Below are positions 19,663-29,140 of a stretch of 64,000 nt of DNA, piece by piece. The notes beneath the pieces were generated by a model. It saw nothing but the letters and a program-made list of their open reading frames with translations. It did not search any database and was not told the origin of the DNA. Positions within the stretch are counted from its first letter, which is position 1. Each line of letters begins with the position of its first letter. The stretch is from IMG/VR virus record IMGVR_UViG_3300026085_000093, positions 96,001 to 160,000 of that record. The stretch is one strand, 5' to 3'. Made by a program: the position numbers and the translations under genes. The stretch comes from a virus (lineage: Duplodnaviria; Caudoviricetes).

Positions 19663-20491
19663 ACATTGCTCTCGTTAAACTAAACTTATTCATTACATGT
19701 ACATTAGAACCCCTAATTCTTAGTGGCATGTAATTACCAAAACTATCTTTTTTCTCTACACAAAATAAAAAATTATCGCCGTCAATATCAATAAGCAAAT
19801 CTCTATCAATTGTATAAAACAATTTACCAGGTAAAGTTTTTGCAAAACCGTTTTTATAGTGTCCGTTCATTATATGTATTGCAACACTGAAAACATAATC
19901 ATTACGAAAAATAGCACTTTTAATTTGATATAAATTTCTATAGTGTTCCCAGTTTTCTGATATATGGTGAAGCAGATCAAAAAAACGTTTGTTGTCAGGA
20001 CTTTTTCTAAAATATACACAAGTTGCCCAATAAAAGTCTATTGTTTTGTCGCTGCATAATTCAAACTCTGATACATCTCTCCAGCCACTAAGTTCTACAC
20101 TATCTTTGTAAATTAAGAAATCATGTAACTGATTAAAACAATCTTTTAACAAACTATTTGCAATTATATAATCTGTATCTAGCAATAGTGTTTCATCATA
20201 AGGAGAAAGATCATATGCTTTTGCTCGTGAAGTGTTTTTCCATTCTAAATTTCTTTTAGAATATGTTCCATCGTTGTATTTTCTATATCCATAATCTTGA
20301 TCATTTGGAATTTCTATAACATGTTCGAAAGGATGACTATCAAATCGTGTTTCTAAATATTCTTTGTTATCTGTGATTACCGAAACAGGTACACCTAGAT
20401 ACTTGTGTACTCTGTGTGCATTAAACACTGCTTGATAAAGATAGTTAATTTCTTTATTGTTTCTTGCAATAAAGAGGACACCTTTGCTCAT
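19640..20491 (-). CDS. GT8-like glycosyltransferase
   Basis: SPYDETLLLDTDYII (DxD), FRNDY, HVMNK. Paralog of 18808-19662. Confidence 0.65.
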   Translation of the reverse strand: MSKGVLFIARNNKEINYLYQAVFNAHRVHKYLGVPVSVITDNKEYLETRFDSHPFEHVIEIPNDQDYGYRKYNDGTYSKRNLEWKNTSRAKAYDLSPYDETLLLDTDYIIANSLLKDCFNQLHDFLIYKDSVELSGWRDVSEFELCSDKTIDFYWATCVYFRKSPDNKRFFDLLHHISENWEHYRNLYQIKSAIFRNDYVFSVAIHIMNGHYKNGFAKTLPGKLFYTIDRDLLIDIDGDNFLFCVEKKDSFGNYMPLRIRGSNVHVMNKFSLTRAMYVPEFKD

Positions 20492-20835
20492 ACTTCTACA
20501 ATATCCTTTGTTGACCTCTTTTTAACAAGTTTGTTATACTCTATAAGATATTTGTTATTTGCGTTATAAAATTGATTCATTACTTCTAACACAAACAGTT
20601 TTAAATTTTCAATTTGAATAGGAATATCATGATCGTCGATTAACACAGTCTCTGTTTGATTCATGCCTATTAATGTTTGCAAGTAACTTATAAGTTCCAT
20701 GCTAATACTAAATTGTCCTTTGTTATGATAGCAAACCAAAGATTCTTTATACTGCTCTTTCAATATGCGTTTTGTATTTTCTAATGTAATTAAAAAATTG
20801 GCAGAATCTATTGCCTGTTCGAGACGATCGTCCAT
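20488..20835 (-). CDS. Hypothetical protein
   Basis: 115-aa ORF with an AGGAG Shine-Dalgarno and a TAAATA motif upstream. LIDDHDIPIQI motif. Confidence 0.75.
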   Translation of the reverse strand: MDDRLEQAIDSANFLITLENTKRILKEQYKESLVCYHNKGQFSISMELISYLQTLIGMNQTETVLIDDHDIPIQIENLKLFVLEVMNQFYNANNKYLIEYNKLVKKRSTKDIVEV

Positions 20836-20874
20836 ACGGATACTCCTACATAATAATGTACGTATTTAACTTTA

Positions 20875-22122
20875 TTATGACGGAGGACTTGCTAAATCGG
20901 CAGTCAGTTGTGTAACATTTGCTATTGTAGGATGAGGTAAATCTACTGCTGTATATGTTGTAGAATTATATGTAAAACTACTGTCAGGTCTAAAAGAAGT
21001 GCAAGAACTATTAAAATCAGCCGTTATGTCGTAATCAAAAAACGTACCAGTATAGTCGTCATTCATGCTAATTCTAAATCTCAACACATTACCAGAGGAT
21101 TTAAGTCCTTCAAGTGTGTATTCGTTATTTGCATAAGCACCGCTTCCTGATTTAGTAAACAAAGTTTGATATGACGCTGTAAGATTGTCTGCACCTAAGC
21201 CTGCACTTGTACCACTACTTGCAGAAGTATCATACTTGTTAAATAATATTGTGCCCATAGCACTAAGCATACCAATCCATTCTGTATCTTTAGGATCAGA
21301 ACCGCCCGACGCAGAAGCGTTAAATCTTATTTGGCCGCCTGCGTTGAAAAAGTATCCTAATGCGGCAGCACTTGTAAATGTAACTGTTACTACATGGTAA
21401 ATGCTATTAGGCGGGCCGCTGCCGCCTGTACCTGTGCCGCCCCAACTTGCTGTTCTTGTTGCACTTGCAGTAGGTGTTCCTAAAGTAAAGTTCGTAAGTA
21501 AAGGCCAACCTGATACTTCTCCATTAAAGTTTACAACATCTAAAATCGCTGTTTCATAATCATTGTAGCCCATTTTTGTGCCGTCGGTCACTGCTGTTAG
21601 TTGAGCATTCCAATGCCCATATCCGCTAAATGTAGTATAGCCTGTTGCATTTAAACCTGTCGTCAACGCACTGTTTGTATACAATTCTATATCTGCTGAC
21701 CCTGTAACTTTGACATAGTAACTTAATCCATTTAGTTCTGTAGTACCTTGTACGTCATTAAATGTTATCAAAACTCCATCTTTTAAATTATGGTTTGTGT
21801 CTGTTGTTACAGTTGCAGGATTTGTTAAACCTACAGCAAGTATCATACCGCTGTGGCCACCTGCTTTAGATTCGTCTGCTGATACTGTTAAACCAACTTC
21901 TGGTACTGCAATATTACTATTAACACTGCCTGTTTGATGCAAGTATGCTGCTTGAACATCTAAAAATAAATTTAACATTTCAGTAGTTGTGATTTGATCA
22001 GTAACGGCTACAGTGGTAGAATAAGGTGATTGTCCGTACAGAGTTTGATATACACCTAGTACATTTGTACGCAGTGTATTATAGTTAGATGCAGTAATTG
22101 TTTGCCCAACTGTAAACGGCAT
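20875..22122 (-). CDS. Virion structural protein (tail-fibre/baseplate associated) with an inserted beta domain
   Basis: T/S/G-rich. Paralog of 22141-23028 (shared FFNAGGQIR, SMMSA.GT, YQTLFTKSGSG.YA.N.Y). Extra ~100-aa insert. Confidence 0.65.
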   Translation of the reverse strand: MPFTVGQTITASNYNTLRTNVLGVYQTLYGQSPYSTTVAVTDQITTTEMLNLFLDVQAAYLHQTGSVNSNIAVPEVGLTVSADESKAGGHSGMILAVGLTNPATVTTDTNHNLKDGVLITFNDVQGTTELNGLSYYVKVTGSADIELYTNSALTTGLNATGYTTFSGYGHWNAQLTAVTDGTKMGYNDYETAILDVVNFNGEVSGWPLLTNFTLGTPTASATRTASWGGTGTGGSGPPNSIYHVVTVTFTSAAALGYFFNAGGQIRFNASASGGSDPKDTEWIGMLSAMGTILFNKYDTSASSGTSAGLGADNLTASYQTLFTKSGSGAYANNEYTLEGLKSSGNVLRFRISMNDDYTGTFFDYDITADFNSSCTSFRPDSSFTYNSTTYTAVDLPHPTIANVTQLTADLASPPS

Positions 22123-22140
22123 TAAAAACTCCTACTGTAC

Positions 22141-23028
22141 TTATAAGGTAGAAACGTTAGCGTATGTTGGAGTCGGAACTGACACATATGAACCCGTTGC
22201 CCTTAGTTGAGAAACACTCGAAGTAATATCTGCAATAACTGCTTCGTCTACCCCACCTGCACCGATCGCAGGAATACCGTCATAAAATTCAACCTTAAAT
22301 CTTAAAACTTTATCACTGTCTGCTTTAGCTTTAATTGAGTAACTATTGCTTGCATAAACACCAGAACCTGATTTAGTAAAAATTGTTTGGTATACAGTAT
22401 TTAGATCAAAATTTCCAACTGATGATCCAGGTGAAGATGCAGTAGTTTGCGATCTATCCATAGCAACTGTTCCTACTGCTGACATCATTGATGCCCAATC
22501 AGAAGACTTTGAGCCAGATGCATTAGTAACTGTTGTATTAACTCTAATTTGGCCGCCTGCATTAAAAAATGCACGTCTATGATTTGCATCAGTAAATGTG
22601 ACTGTAAATTCGTGTGTAATTGTTTCTCTAGATGAAATGTCTCCCCAAGGACTAGAACTACCTCTTGAAGATGAAACTTTTGATTCTACACTTGCTTGAG
22701 TAGAAGCATACAAATCATCTTTGTTTAGATATATGTAGTTTCCAATTGTTTCGTATTCTAAATATACAGCATCTGTAATGTCATCTGCGACGTTAACTGT
22801 AGTTAGGGGTGTAGGCGATGCGCCAGTTTGGTGAACATAAGCATCTGTTAAATCTGATTTTAATGCCGACATATGTACTTCATTTACAGTACCGGATCCG
22901 CTTGAAACTGGAGCACTAGTTACAGTATTGTTATATCCAAATCTGCCTGTTCCAACACCTAAAACTTGTTCAACTTGAGACTGAATTGCATTGTAACGTG
23001 CTGCTGATATTACTGATCCTACTGCCAT
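22141..23028 (-). CDS. Virion structural protein
   Basis: T/S/G-rich, FFNAGGQIR motif, TATAAATA upstream. Confidence 0.65.
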   Translation of the reverse strand: MAVGSVISAARYNAIQSQVEQVLGVGTGRFGYNNTVTSAPVSSGSGTVNEVHMSALKSDLTDAYVHQTGASPTPLTTVNVADDITDAVYLEYETIGNYIYLNKDDLYASTQASVESKVSSSRGSSSPWGDISSRETITHEFTVTFTDANHRRAFFNAGGQIRVNTTVTNASGSKSSDWASMMSAVGTVAMDRSQTTASSPGSSVGNFDLNTVYQTIFTKSGSGVYASNSYSIKAKADSDKVLRFKVEFYDGIPAIGAGGVDEAVIADITSSVSQLRATGSYVSVPTPTYANVSTL

Positions 23029-23052
23029 CGAAACTCCTAATAAGTACTAGTA

Positions 23053-23060
23053 TATTTATA
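23053..23060 (-). promoter_or_regulatory. T4-type late promoter TATAAATA
   Basis: Exact T4 late consensus 25 nt upstream of the 23028 start. A gp55-like sigma gene is in the window. Confidence 0.6.
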
Positions 23061-24519
23061 CCTTTAGCACACACTCCACTAATCCTACATCATCTGAGTC
23101 TTTAGTTTCAAGTGCTACACCTACTAGTGCAGTAGTTGCTACTGTTTTACAAATTCCATCTTCCCATGCATAAACTGCTTGTCCTTTTTTTACAGGACCT
23201 TCTACTTTTACAGGAACACGACCTTTAAGTGCAATGTATTGACCATCTGCTTCACTGTTCATCATAATTGCAGGATCAGTTGATACAACACCAATGCAAA
23301 TATCGCTTGACTTTGCTGGCACTACTTCGCAACAATCGTCAGCACCTACTGCTACTGCTGTTCCTGGCTCTAAATCTGTATCGCCTGTAGTATATTTTTC
23401 TGCTAAGTCAGCATATCTTGCTTTAGTTGCTGTACCGCTAAACACAACGGCTGTTAGATTACCTGAACTATCCCTTGCTGCAATACTATCAAATGTTGCA
23501 GAAGTTGCTGCACTTCTATATGCACTTCCAACTTTTAAAGTATCTGCTTGAGTTGCTGTACCGTTAAAAGTTGTTGCATATACATTTTCAAATTTTTCAG
23601 AACCTTTTCCTAAATTATAAATTGTGCCGTTTGCATTTGCACCAGGATGCATACCTGTTGCATCCCAATAAACTACAACATTGCCTGCACTATCTTTGAT
23701 ACGCAACTTATCTTGATTCATTTTAAACACAGGTGTAATACCGTCTGAATCTATTTCAAAAGTTAAATCTGTGCCTGTACCTAATGTGAATCCAGTATCA
23801 CTAAATGTAACTAGAGAACTAAAGTTTGTTGTGCCTGTTGATCGAACAAAATCACTAGAACTTAATCCACCTAGTTTGTCAGCATTAGTTGCAGTACCGT
23901 AAAATCTATGTGTAGTTGTTGTTTCTCCTGAATTAGAATTTAAAAGTGTAATACCTGCATAAATTGTTGGGAAACCTGTAATTGCACTTGCTGTATTAGG
24001 AGTAAATGTATCTGGACTGATAGTTGAAATTACAGTATCTTCTACATAGGTAGCCAAAATGGCATGAATGGTACCTGTAGTATCTGTAAGTGTAAGACTC
24101 TTAGTCTGTGTTACACCAAATCCTGCGCCAACGCCTTGTGGACCAATTAACACCCAGTTGCCAGATGCTGATCTTACATAAAACTGTTCGTTGTTGCTAT
24201 CCCACCAAAAGTCTCCTTCTGACGAGCCTGCTGGTGCTGTTGTGCTTATTTCAGTTCCGCCTGCTGGCTTCCATGATGTTCCATTATAAAATTTAAGTTT
24301 GTTAGTTCCGCTGTCAAACCAAATCATACCACTGATTGGTTTTGTAGGTGCATTTACGCCTGCAAAGTTTTCTAACAAAAACAAAAAGTTTTCGTTTTGG
24401 CTTTCGCCATAACCACTATAATTCTTACCTACTAACTTCAAATCTGTAGTAGTGTTAATTGTGCCGTCTTCAACATTTGTTAAGACTGTGCCGTTAAATC
24501 TATTAATTGTATATGCCAT
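23056..24519 (-). CDS. Tail-fibre-like virion protein
   Basis: N-terminus MAYTIN...LVGKNYSGYGE..NENFL.LLENFA..P..G.IWFD is shared with the next two genes. C-terminal YADLAEKY...ALKGRVPVKV module. Confidence 0.7.
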   Translation of the reverse strand: MAYTINRFNGTVLTNVEDGTINTTTDLKLVGKNYSGYGESQNENFLFLLENFAGVNAPTKPISGMIWFDSGTNKLKFYNGTSWKPAGGTEISTTAPAGSSEGDFWWDSNNEQFYVRSASGNWVLIGPQGVGAGFGVTQTKSLTLTDTTGTIHAILATYVEDTVISTISPDTFTPNTASAITGFPTIYAGITLLNSNSGETTTTHRFYGTATNADKLGGLSSSDFVRSTGTTNFSSLVTFSDTGFTLGTGTDLTFEIDSDGITPVFKMNQDKLRIKDSAGNVVVYWDATGMHPGANANGTIYNLGKGSEKFENVYATTFNGTATQADTLKVGSAYRSAATSATFDSIAARDSSGNLTAVVFSGTATKARYADLAEKYTTGDTDLEPGTAVAVGADDCCEVVPAKSSDICIGVVSTDPAIMMNSEADGQYIALKGRVPVKVEGPVKKGQAVYAWEDGICKTVATTALVGVALETKDSDDVGLVECVLKV

Positions 24520-24555
24520 TTGTGAGCTTACTCCCTCTGCACTGTATTTACCTAA

Positions 24556-26436
24556 TTACACACTAGATACCAAATCGTCAACAAATACCCAGTTATAGGA
24601 ACCGTTAATAATAAAACGTTTTAGTCCCCTTACTGGTGAAAATGTTACTGTTGCTACTTGTGTACTAAAACTAATGTCTTGTAAAACTGATTGGTTTTGA
24701 ACACCATTACTATCAACTGCAACAAAACTTTTGTTTAAACTTGCATCTGCATCAAAACTTGTAGTGCCACCGGCGCTATAATCAACAGTGTGGACAAAAC
24801 AGTACACACCTGTGTTATAACCTACAGCAGGGAACAAGTCTTCTAAAACTAATGCAATTTGTACATTAGAAAGTCCTGTAATATCTAATGAAAATTTAAT
24901 ATCTGTATCTTTATATAATTCGTCTACATAACCCTTGGTTGCAACATAGTCTGGCGGATCACTAACTTCAGGTGATGTTACACCTGTAATTTTTACATTT
25001 GGACTACCGCCTGTGCCTGCAACAACAATATCACCTTCACTTATAATGTTAAGCGGGAAAGTAGTTGCTGTGATAGTTGCATTATCTAGATTCAAATAAT
25101 CTACTTGTAGACTCGATAGTGTACCAATGCTTGTTAATCCTGGAGCACTCACAACACTTGCACCCAATGCATTTTGTGTTAAAACGTTTGAGTTTCCGAT
25201 CATATAAGCATAGCCACTTGTTAAATTTATATTTTGTTTATTTGTGTTCCATGCATTATTTGCTAGTTCCCAAATCCATTCCTTATCATCGCCATCGTCT
25301 ACCTTAACAACAATACCAGATTCATTAACTTGTGCATCTGTTTGTGTACTACTATCGTCTGTAGTTGCTAATTCTATTTGTTTGTCTTCAACACGTAATG
25401 TTGCAACATTCAAATAAGTTGCATCACCTTCAACTAATAAATCTCCTGATATTTTTAAATCGCCGGTAATGTCTACTGTTGCTGTAGGCGAGGATGTAAA
25501 TAAGCCAATTCTGCCAGATGATCTATCTAATGTAAAGAAATCAGTGTCAATACCACTTGACTTGTATTGCATTCTAAATGCAGTTGTAGTAGTGTTTTGC
25601 AATCTTTGGTATACTTCGTTACCTGATACAAACGTTCTTAAATCACCATCTGTTCCTACATAAAGACCGTTATCATCATTTACAAAAATAACACCGTTAC
25701 TAATATTTCTACGCTGTCCGCTGCCACTATCTAATGGCGGATCTAGTTTTAAGAAATCGTCCGGTGTATAACTTTGTAATGTCGAGTCAAGTAATGCACT
25801 TGTAGTTGCAGCATTGCCGTCAAACTCAAAATCAGCAAATGCTGTTGAAATATTAAAACCTGCTTTGATTGTAATTGCAAAATTAGGAATAAGTGCTAAA
25901 TTTGCATCTGTTGCTGCTGCTGTAAAGTCTTCTTTACTTACAAGTGCAGCAGGAGAACCTGAAATCATTAGCAAGGCAACAATTCTTTCAATACCAAAAT
26001 TATCAATTACAGTTACAGTACGCCAACCTGTTTCGCCTTGCTGTGCTGTATATCCAGGGCCTGCTAATATAAGATCTGATGTACCATCTGAAAAATAAAT
26101 TTGCTTGCGACCGCTGTCAATCCAAACATCGCCTGCAATAAGTGTAGGCTGTGTGTCTGAAACTGTTGTTGTATCAGTTGCTTTAAATTCTGTTCCTGTC
26201 CAAACTTTTAATCTGCCCTCTTCTGTGTCGTACCAAAGTTGACCTCTTAATGGATTGCTCGGCGGCGCAGTATTGGAAAAGTTTTCCAACATTTGCACAA
26301 AATTTTCGTTAAAAATTTCTCCGTAACCTTTATAGTTACGTCCTACAAGAGTTATGTCAGTGGTATCTTGATCGATACGCCCATCTATCAAATCTACTAG
26401 TAATGTACCATCTGTTTTATTAATCTTATAACTCAT
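24556..26436 (-). CDS. Tail-fibre-like virion protein
   Basis: Same N-terminal module (LVGRNYKGYGEIFNENF...LENF...P.NPL.GQLWYD). ATKGYVD fibre motif. Confidence 0.7.
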   Translation of the reverse strand: MSYKINKTDGTLLVDLIDGRIDQDTTDITLVGRNYKGYGEIFNENFVQMLENFSNTAPPSNPLRGQLWYDTEEGRLKVWTGTEFKATDTTTVSDTQPTLIAGDVWIDSGRKQIYFSDGTSDLILAGPGYTAQQGETGWRTVTVIDNFGIERIVALLMISGSPAALVSKEDFTAAATDANLALIPNFAITIKAGFNISTAFADFEFDGNAATTSALLDSTLQSYTPDDFLKLDPPLDSGSGQRRNISNGVIFVNDDNGLYVGTDGDLRTFVSGNEVYQRLQNTTTTAFRMQYKSSGIDTDFFTLDRSSGRIGLFTSSPTATVDITGDLKISGDLLVEGDATYLNVATLRVEDKQIELATTDDSSTQTDAQVNESGIVVKVDDGDDKEWIWELANNAWNTNKQNINLTSGYAYMIGNSNVLTQNALGASVVSAPGLTSIGTLSSLQVDYLNLDNATITATTFPLNIISEGDIVVAGTGGSPNVKITGVTSPEVSDPPDYVATKGYVDELYKDTDIKFSLDITGLSNVQIALVLEDLFPAVGYNTGVYCFVHTVDYSAGGTTSFDADASLNKSFVAVDSNGVQNQSVLQDISFSTQVATVTFSPVRGLKRFIINGSYNWVFVDDLVSSV

Positions 26437-26437
26437 G

Positions 26438-28507
26438 TTATGCCCCTGTGTAAATGATATAATTAACTGCTAAGAAAGGAGGCACAGTATCAAACTTGTT
26501 ACCAACGTCTTGTGGTGTACCGTCTATTGTTTCTGTTGTAGTTGTTAAACCATCTACGCCTTCTGTTCCTTGTAAACCTCTTCCTGGATTAGTTCCTAAT
26601 GTATTGACAGCAACACTATTTCCATCGCCTGCACTAGGTAGATTGTTTACAGCATAATATTGATTACCTGCATCTCCCATTAATGTATGCTCGTGTTCTG
26701 GAAGTTGATCTTTTGTAATCCAGTCTCTATTCTTACCACCGTCTGCACCTAAAATATCTGCTGCTGCATCGTCATACACTCTGTCTTCATCTGTTGAAAG
26801 TGTTCTACCTTCACCAGCAAGATATCCCAATGGAAATCTACCTCTTAAATCAGGCACTTTAAATTTAAGTGCGCTGCTAGGTGTACCAAATGTTGTTCCT
26901 ATTATGTCGTATAATTCTTGGTAATCAGTGATTAACACTTCCTGTCCATAACACAATAACCAACCAGTAGGTGCTGTTGCTGCCCCATATGGCATAATCA
27001 TACCTGGTTGAAACTGTGGTATTGTTGCAAGCACACTGTTAACAGTTGTCTTGTATAATCCTAACGGAAGATTGTTATCAGGGTCAGTATCGTTTCTTGC
27101 TTCTTTGTAAATCAACAGCGTTTCTGTGCCGTTTAGTTTATCATTATCAGTATAAACTGTTTTATCTGCAATTAAATCAGGATCAATTTCTACTATCATT
27201 TCAATTGCACCTTGTGTGCCATCAAAACTATAATCAGATAATGTAGAAACATCGCCACTTATACTAAACGTTGTTGCACTGTTAAGTTTTGCTGCTGATC
27301 CACTTACACTACCTGTTAGTGTTCCTGTAACATTACCTACTAAATTTCCTCTAAATGTGTTGCCATAAACATTATTATAAGGCAACACAGCAGTACCTAA
27401 ATTTTTACCTAGTGCTTGAGGAGTGATATCTCCTACTTCTAAATTGCCTTCAATGTTTGCACTGCCGCCTACGTTTAATGATTTACTTATTGCAACGCCG
27501 CCTGGTGTATATAAACTTGCATTTGAATCGCTAATACTCGAACTGTCAACAGTAGATCCAATTGCAATTTTACCACTTAACTTGATGTTACCCGCAACAT
27601 CTAATTTTTCTTCAGCAGCAAGTGTACCAATACCTACATTGCCATCTGATTTAATTCTAATAGCAGTTTGTGTTGTTTGTACTCTTAAATCAATTGCACC
27701 ATCTGATGCTTTATTAACAATTTGTGTATTACTGCCTGTAACATTAAAAGCAAGTGTTTCTGTTTCTCCAATAGATAACCCATTACTATTTGAAATTCTA
27801 ATTGGTTGTGTAAACACATTAGCAGAATTTAATCTTGCAAATTCACTACCTGCATATGATTGTCCATTAACAAGAAGATTTTCTGCTTTTTCTGAAACAC
27901 CGTAATACTTGCCGTTACTAGTAACAGTCATACCTTTTTTTAGTGTTGTAAAACCTGCTAGTGTTGATTTTGGAGTAAATTCTGTTTCAGTATAGATTGT
28001 TATAGGAACACTATTAACATAATTTATTACAACTGGATATTCTATATTATCAGTACCTATTACACTTACAAATTGTGGACCTGTCGCAGAACCTTGTGTA
28101 TAAGTTGGTCCTACTAAAACATAACTACTTCCTGTATAAATGAACAACTGTTGGTTAACAGTATCAACCCAAAGATCTCCTACAGTAGATGCACTGTTGT
28201 CAGGTGCAGAACTGGCTTTTTTAATGCCGCCTGCACTAACCCAACCAGTGCCATCATAAATTTTTAATTGATCTACACCTGCTGTAGTATCATACCATAA
28301 CTGTCCTTCTACAGGATTTGAAGGCGAATCGTTGTTTGCAAAGTTTTCAAGTAGATGCAAGAAGTTTTCATTTAAGGACAAACCATAATCTGATTTGTTC
28401 CGACCAATAAAACTAACACTTGTTTCTGTGTTTATTTCATCGGCATCGACTGTAACACTGCCCTTGTTGCTAAAATCTGTAAATCTTACATCATATTGAT
28501 CACTCAT
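26438..28507 (-). CDS. Tail fibre protein with phage tail-collar domain
   Basis: Shared N-terminal module. Tail-collar motif PGMIMPYGAATAPTGWLLCYGQ...Y.EL..IIG..FG...F.VPDLRGRF. Confidence 0.8.
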   Translation of the reverse strand: MSDQYDVRFTDFSNKGSVTVDADEINTETSVSFIGRNKSDYGLSLNENFLHLLENFANNDSPSNPVEGQLWYDTTAGVDQLKIYDGTGWVSAGGIKKASSAPDNSASTVGDLWVDTVNQQLFIYTGSSYVLVGPTYTQGSATGPQFVSVIGTDNIEYPVVINYVNSVPITIYTETEFTPKSTLAGFTTLKKGMTVTSNGKYYGVSEKAENLLVNGQSYAGSEFARLNSANVFTQPIRISNSNGLSIGETETLAFNVTGSNTQIVNKASDGAIDLRVQTTQTAIRIKSDGNVGIGTLAAEEKLDVAGNIKLSGKIAIGSTVDSSSISDSNASLYTPGGVAISKSLNVGGSANIEGNLEVGDITPQALGKNLGTAVLPYNNVYGNTFRGNLVGNVTGTLTGSVSGSAAKLNSATTFSISGDVSTLSDYSFDGTQGAIEMIVEIDPDLIADKTVYTDNDKLNGTETLLIYKEARNDTDPDNNLPLGLYKTTVNSVLATIPQFQPGMIMPYGAATAPTGWLLCYGQEVLITDYQELYDIIGTTFGTPSSALKFKVPDLRGRFPLGYLAGEGRTLSTDEDRVYDDAAADILGADGGKNRDWITKDQLPEHEHTLMGDAGNQYYAVNNLPSAGDGNSVAVNTLGTNPGRGLQGTEGVDGLTTTTETIDGTPQDVGNKFDTVPPFLAVNYIIYTGA

Positions 28508-28508
28508 G

Positions 28509-29120
28509 TTACACCTCGTTGAATCCGCTTAGACTTTGTACCCTTACAGTATAATCAATTTGAATTAGTCTATTCAAAGATTTTTGTACAGGATGGAAAA
28601 TTACGTGTGTGATTAAACGACCTGTACCCGAACTTGCATAACTACGCAAGCCTAGTTCGTCAAACACATATAGTTGTTCTGTATCGTTAGCAGTATCAAA
28701 AGCATCTTGTCCTTCTGGTTCACCGTAATCTAATAAACAACTTACTAAAATATCAGTATAGTTAGTTCCACTTACATGTCTAATTTCTGTTTTATTTCTA
28801 CTAGCATCAGTGTTATTTACATTTTGATCATCTACAACTTTAGTATAGGTTTGGTTGTAAAGACTTGCATTTGTTCCTGTTGTGTTAGGAGTCAGATATG
28901 TAATAATCCCTGTCGGATCAACACTTGTGCCGCCATTGCCAAATACCATTTCATTAATAAAACCTTGACCCGCATTAGACAAACTTTCTGCTAATGCAAT
29001 ACTCATATTTTCGTAATGAATAGCATTACGTTGGTTTATAAAAACTTCATCAGTTTTAGGGTCAAAAATCTTAATATGACCTTCTACATGTATGCCGTTT
29101 AATTCATTTATTTCATTCAT
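28509..29120 (-). CDS. Putative baseplate/virion structural protein
   Basis: GHIKIFD...NAIHY...FGNGG...FDELGL...LITHVIFHPVQKSLNR. Start placed at ATG 29120 after an AGGTG Shine-Dalgarno. Confidence 0.6.
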   Translation of the reverse strand: MNEINELNGIHVEGHIKIFDPKTDEVFINQRNAIHYENMSIALAESLSNAGQGFINEMVFGNGGTSVDPTGIITYLTPNTTGTNASLYNQTYTKVVDDQNVNNTDASRNKTEIRHVSGTNYTDILVSCLLDYGEPEGQDAFDTANDTEQLYVFDELGLRSYASSGTGRLITHVIFHPVQKSLNRLIQIDYTVRVQSLSGFNEV

Positions 29121-29140
29121 TATAATCACCTATACTGTAT

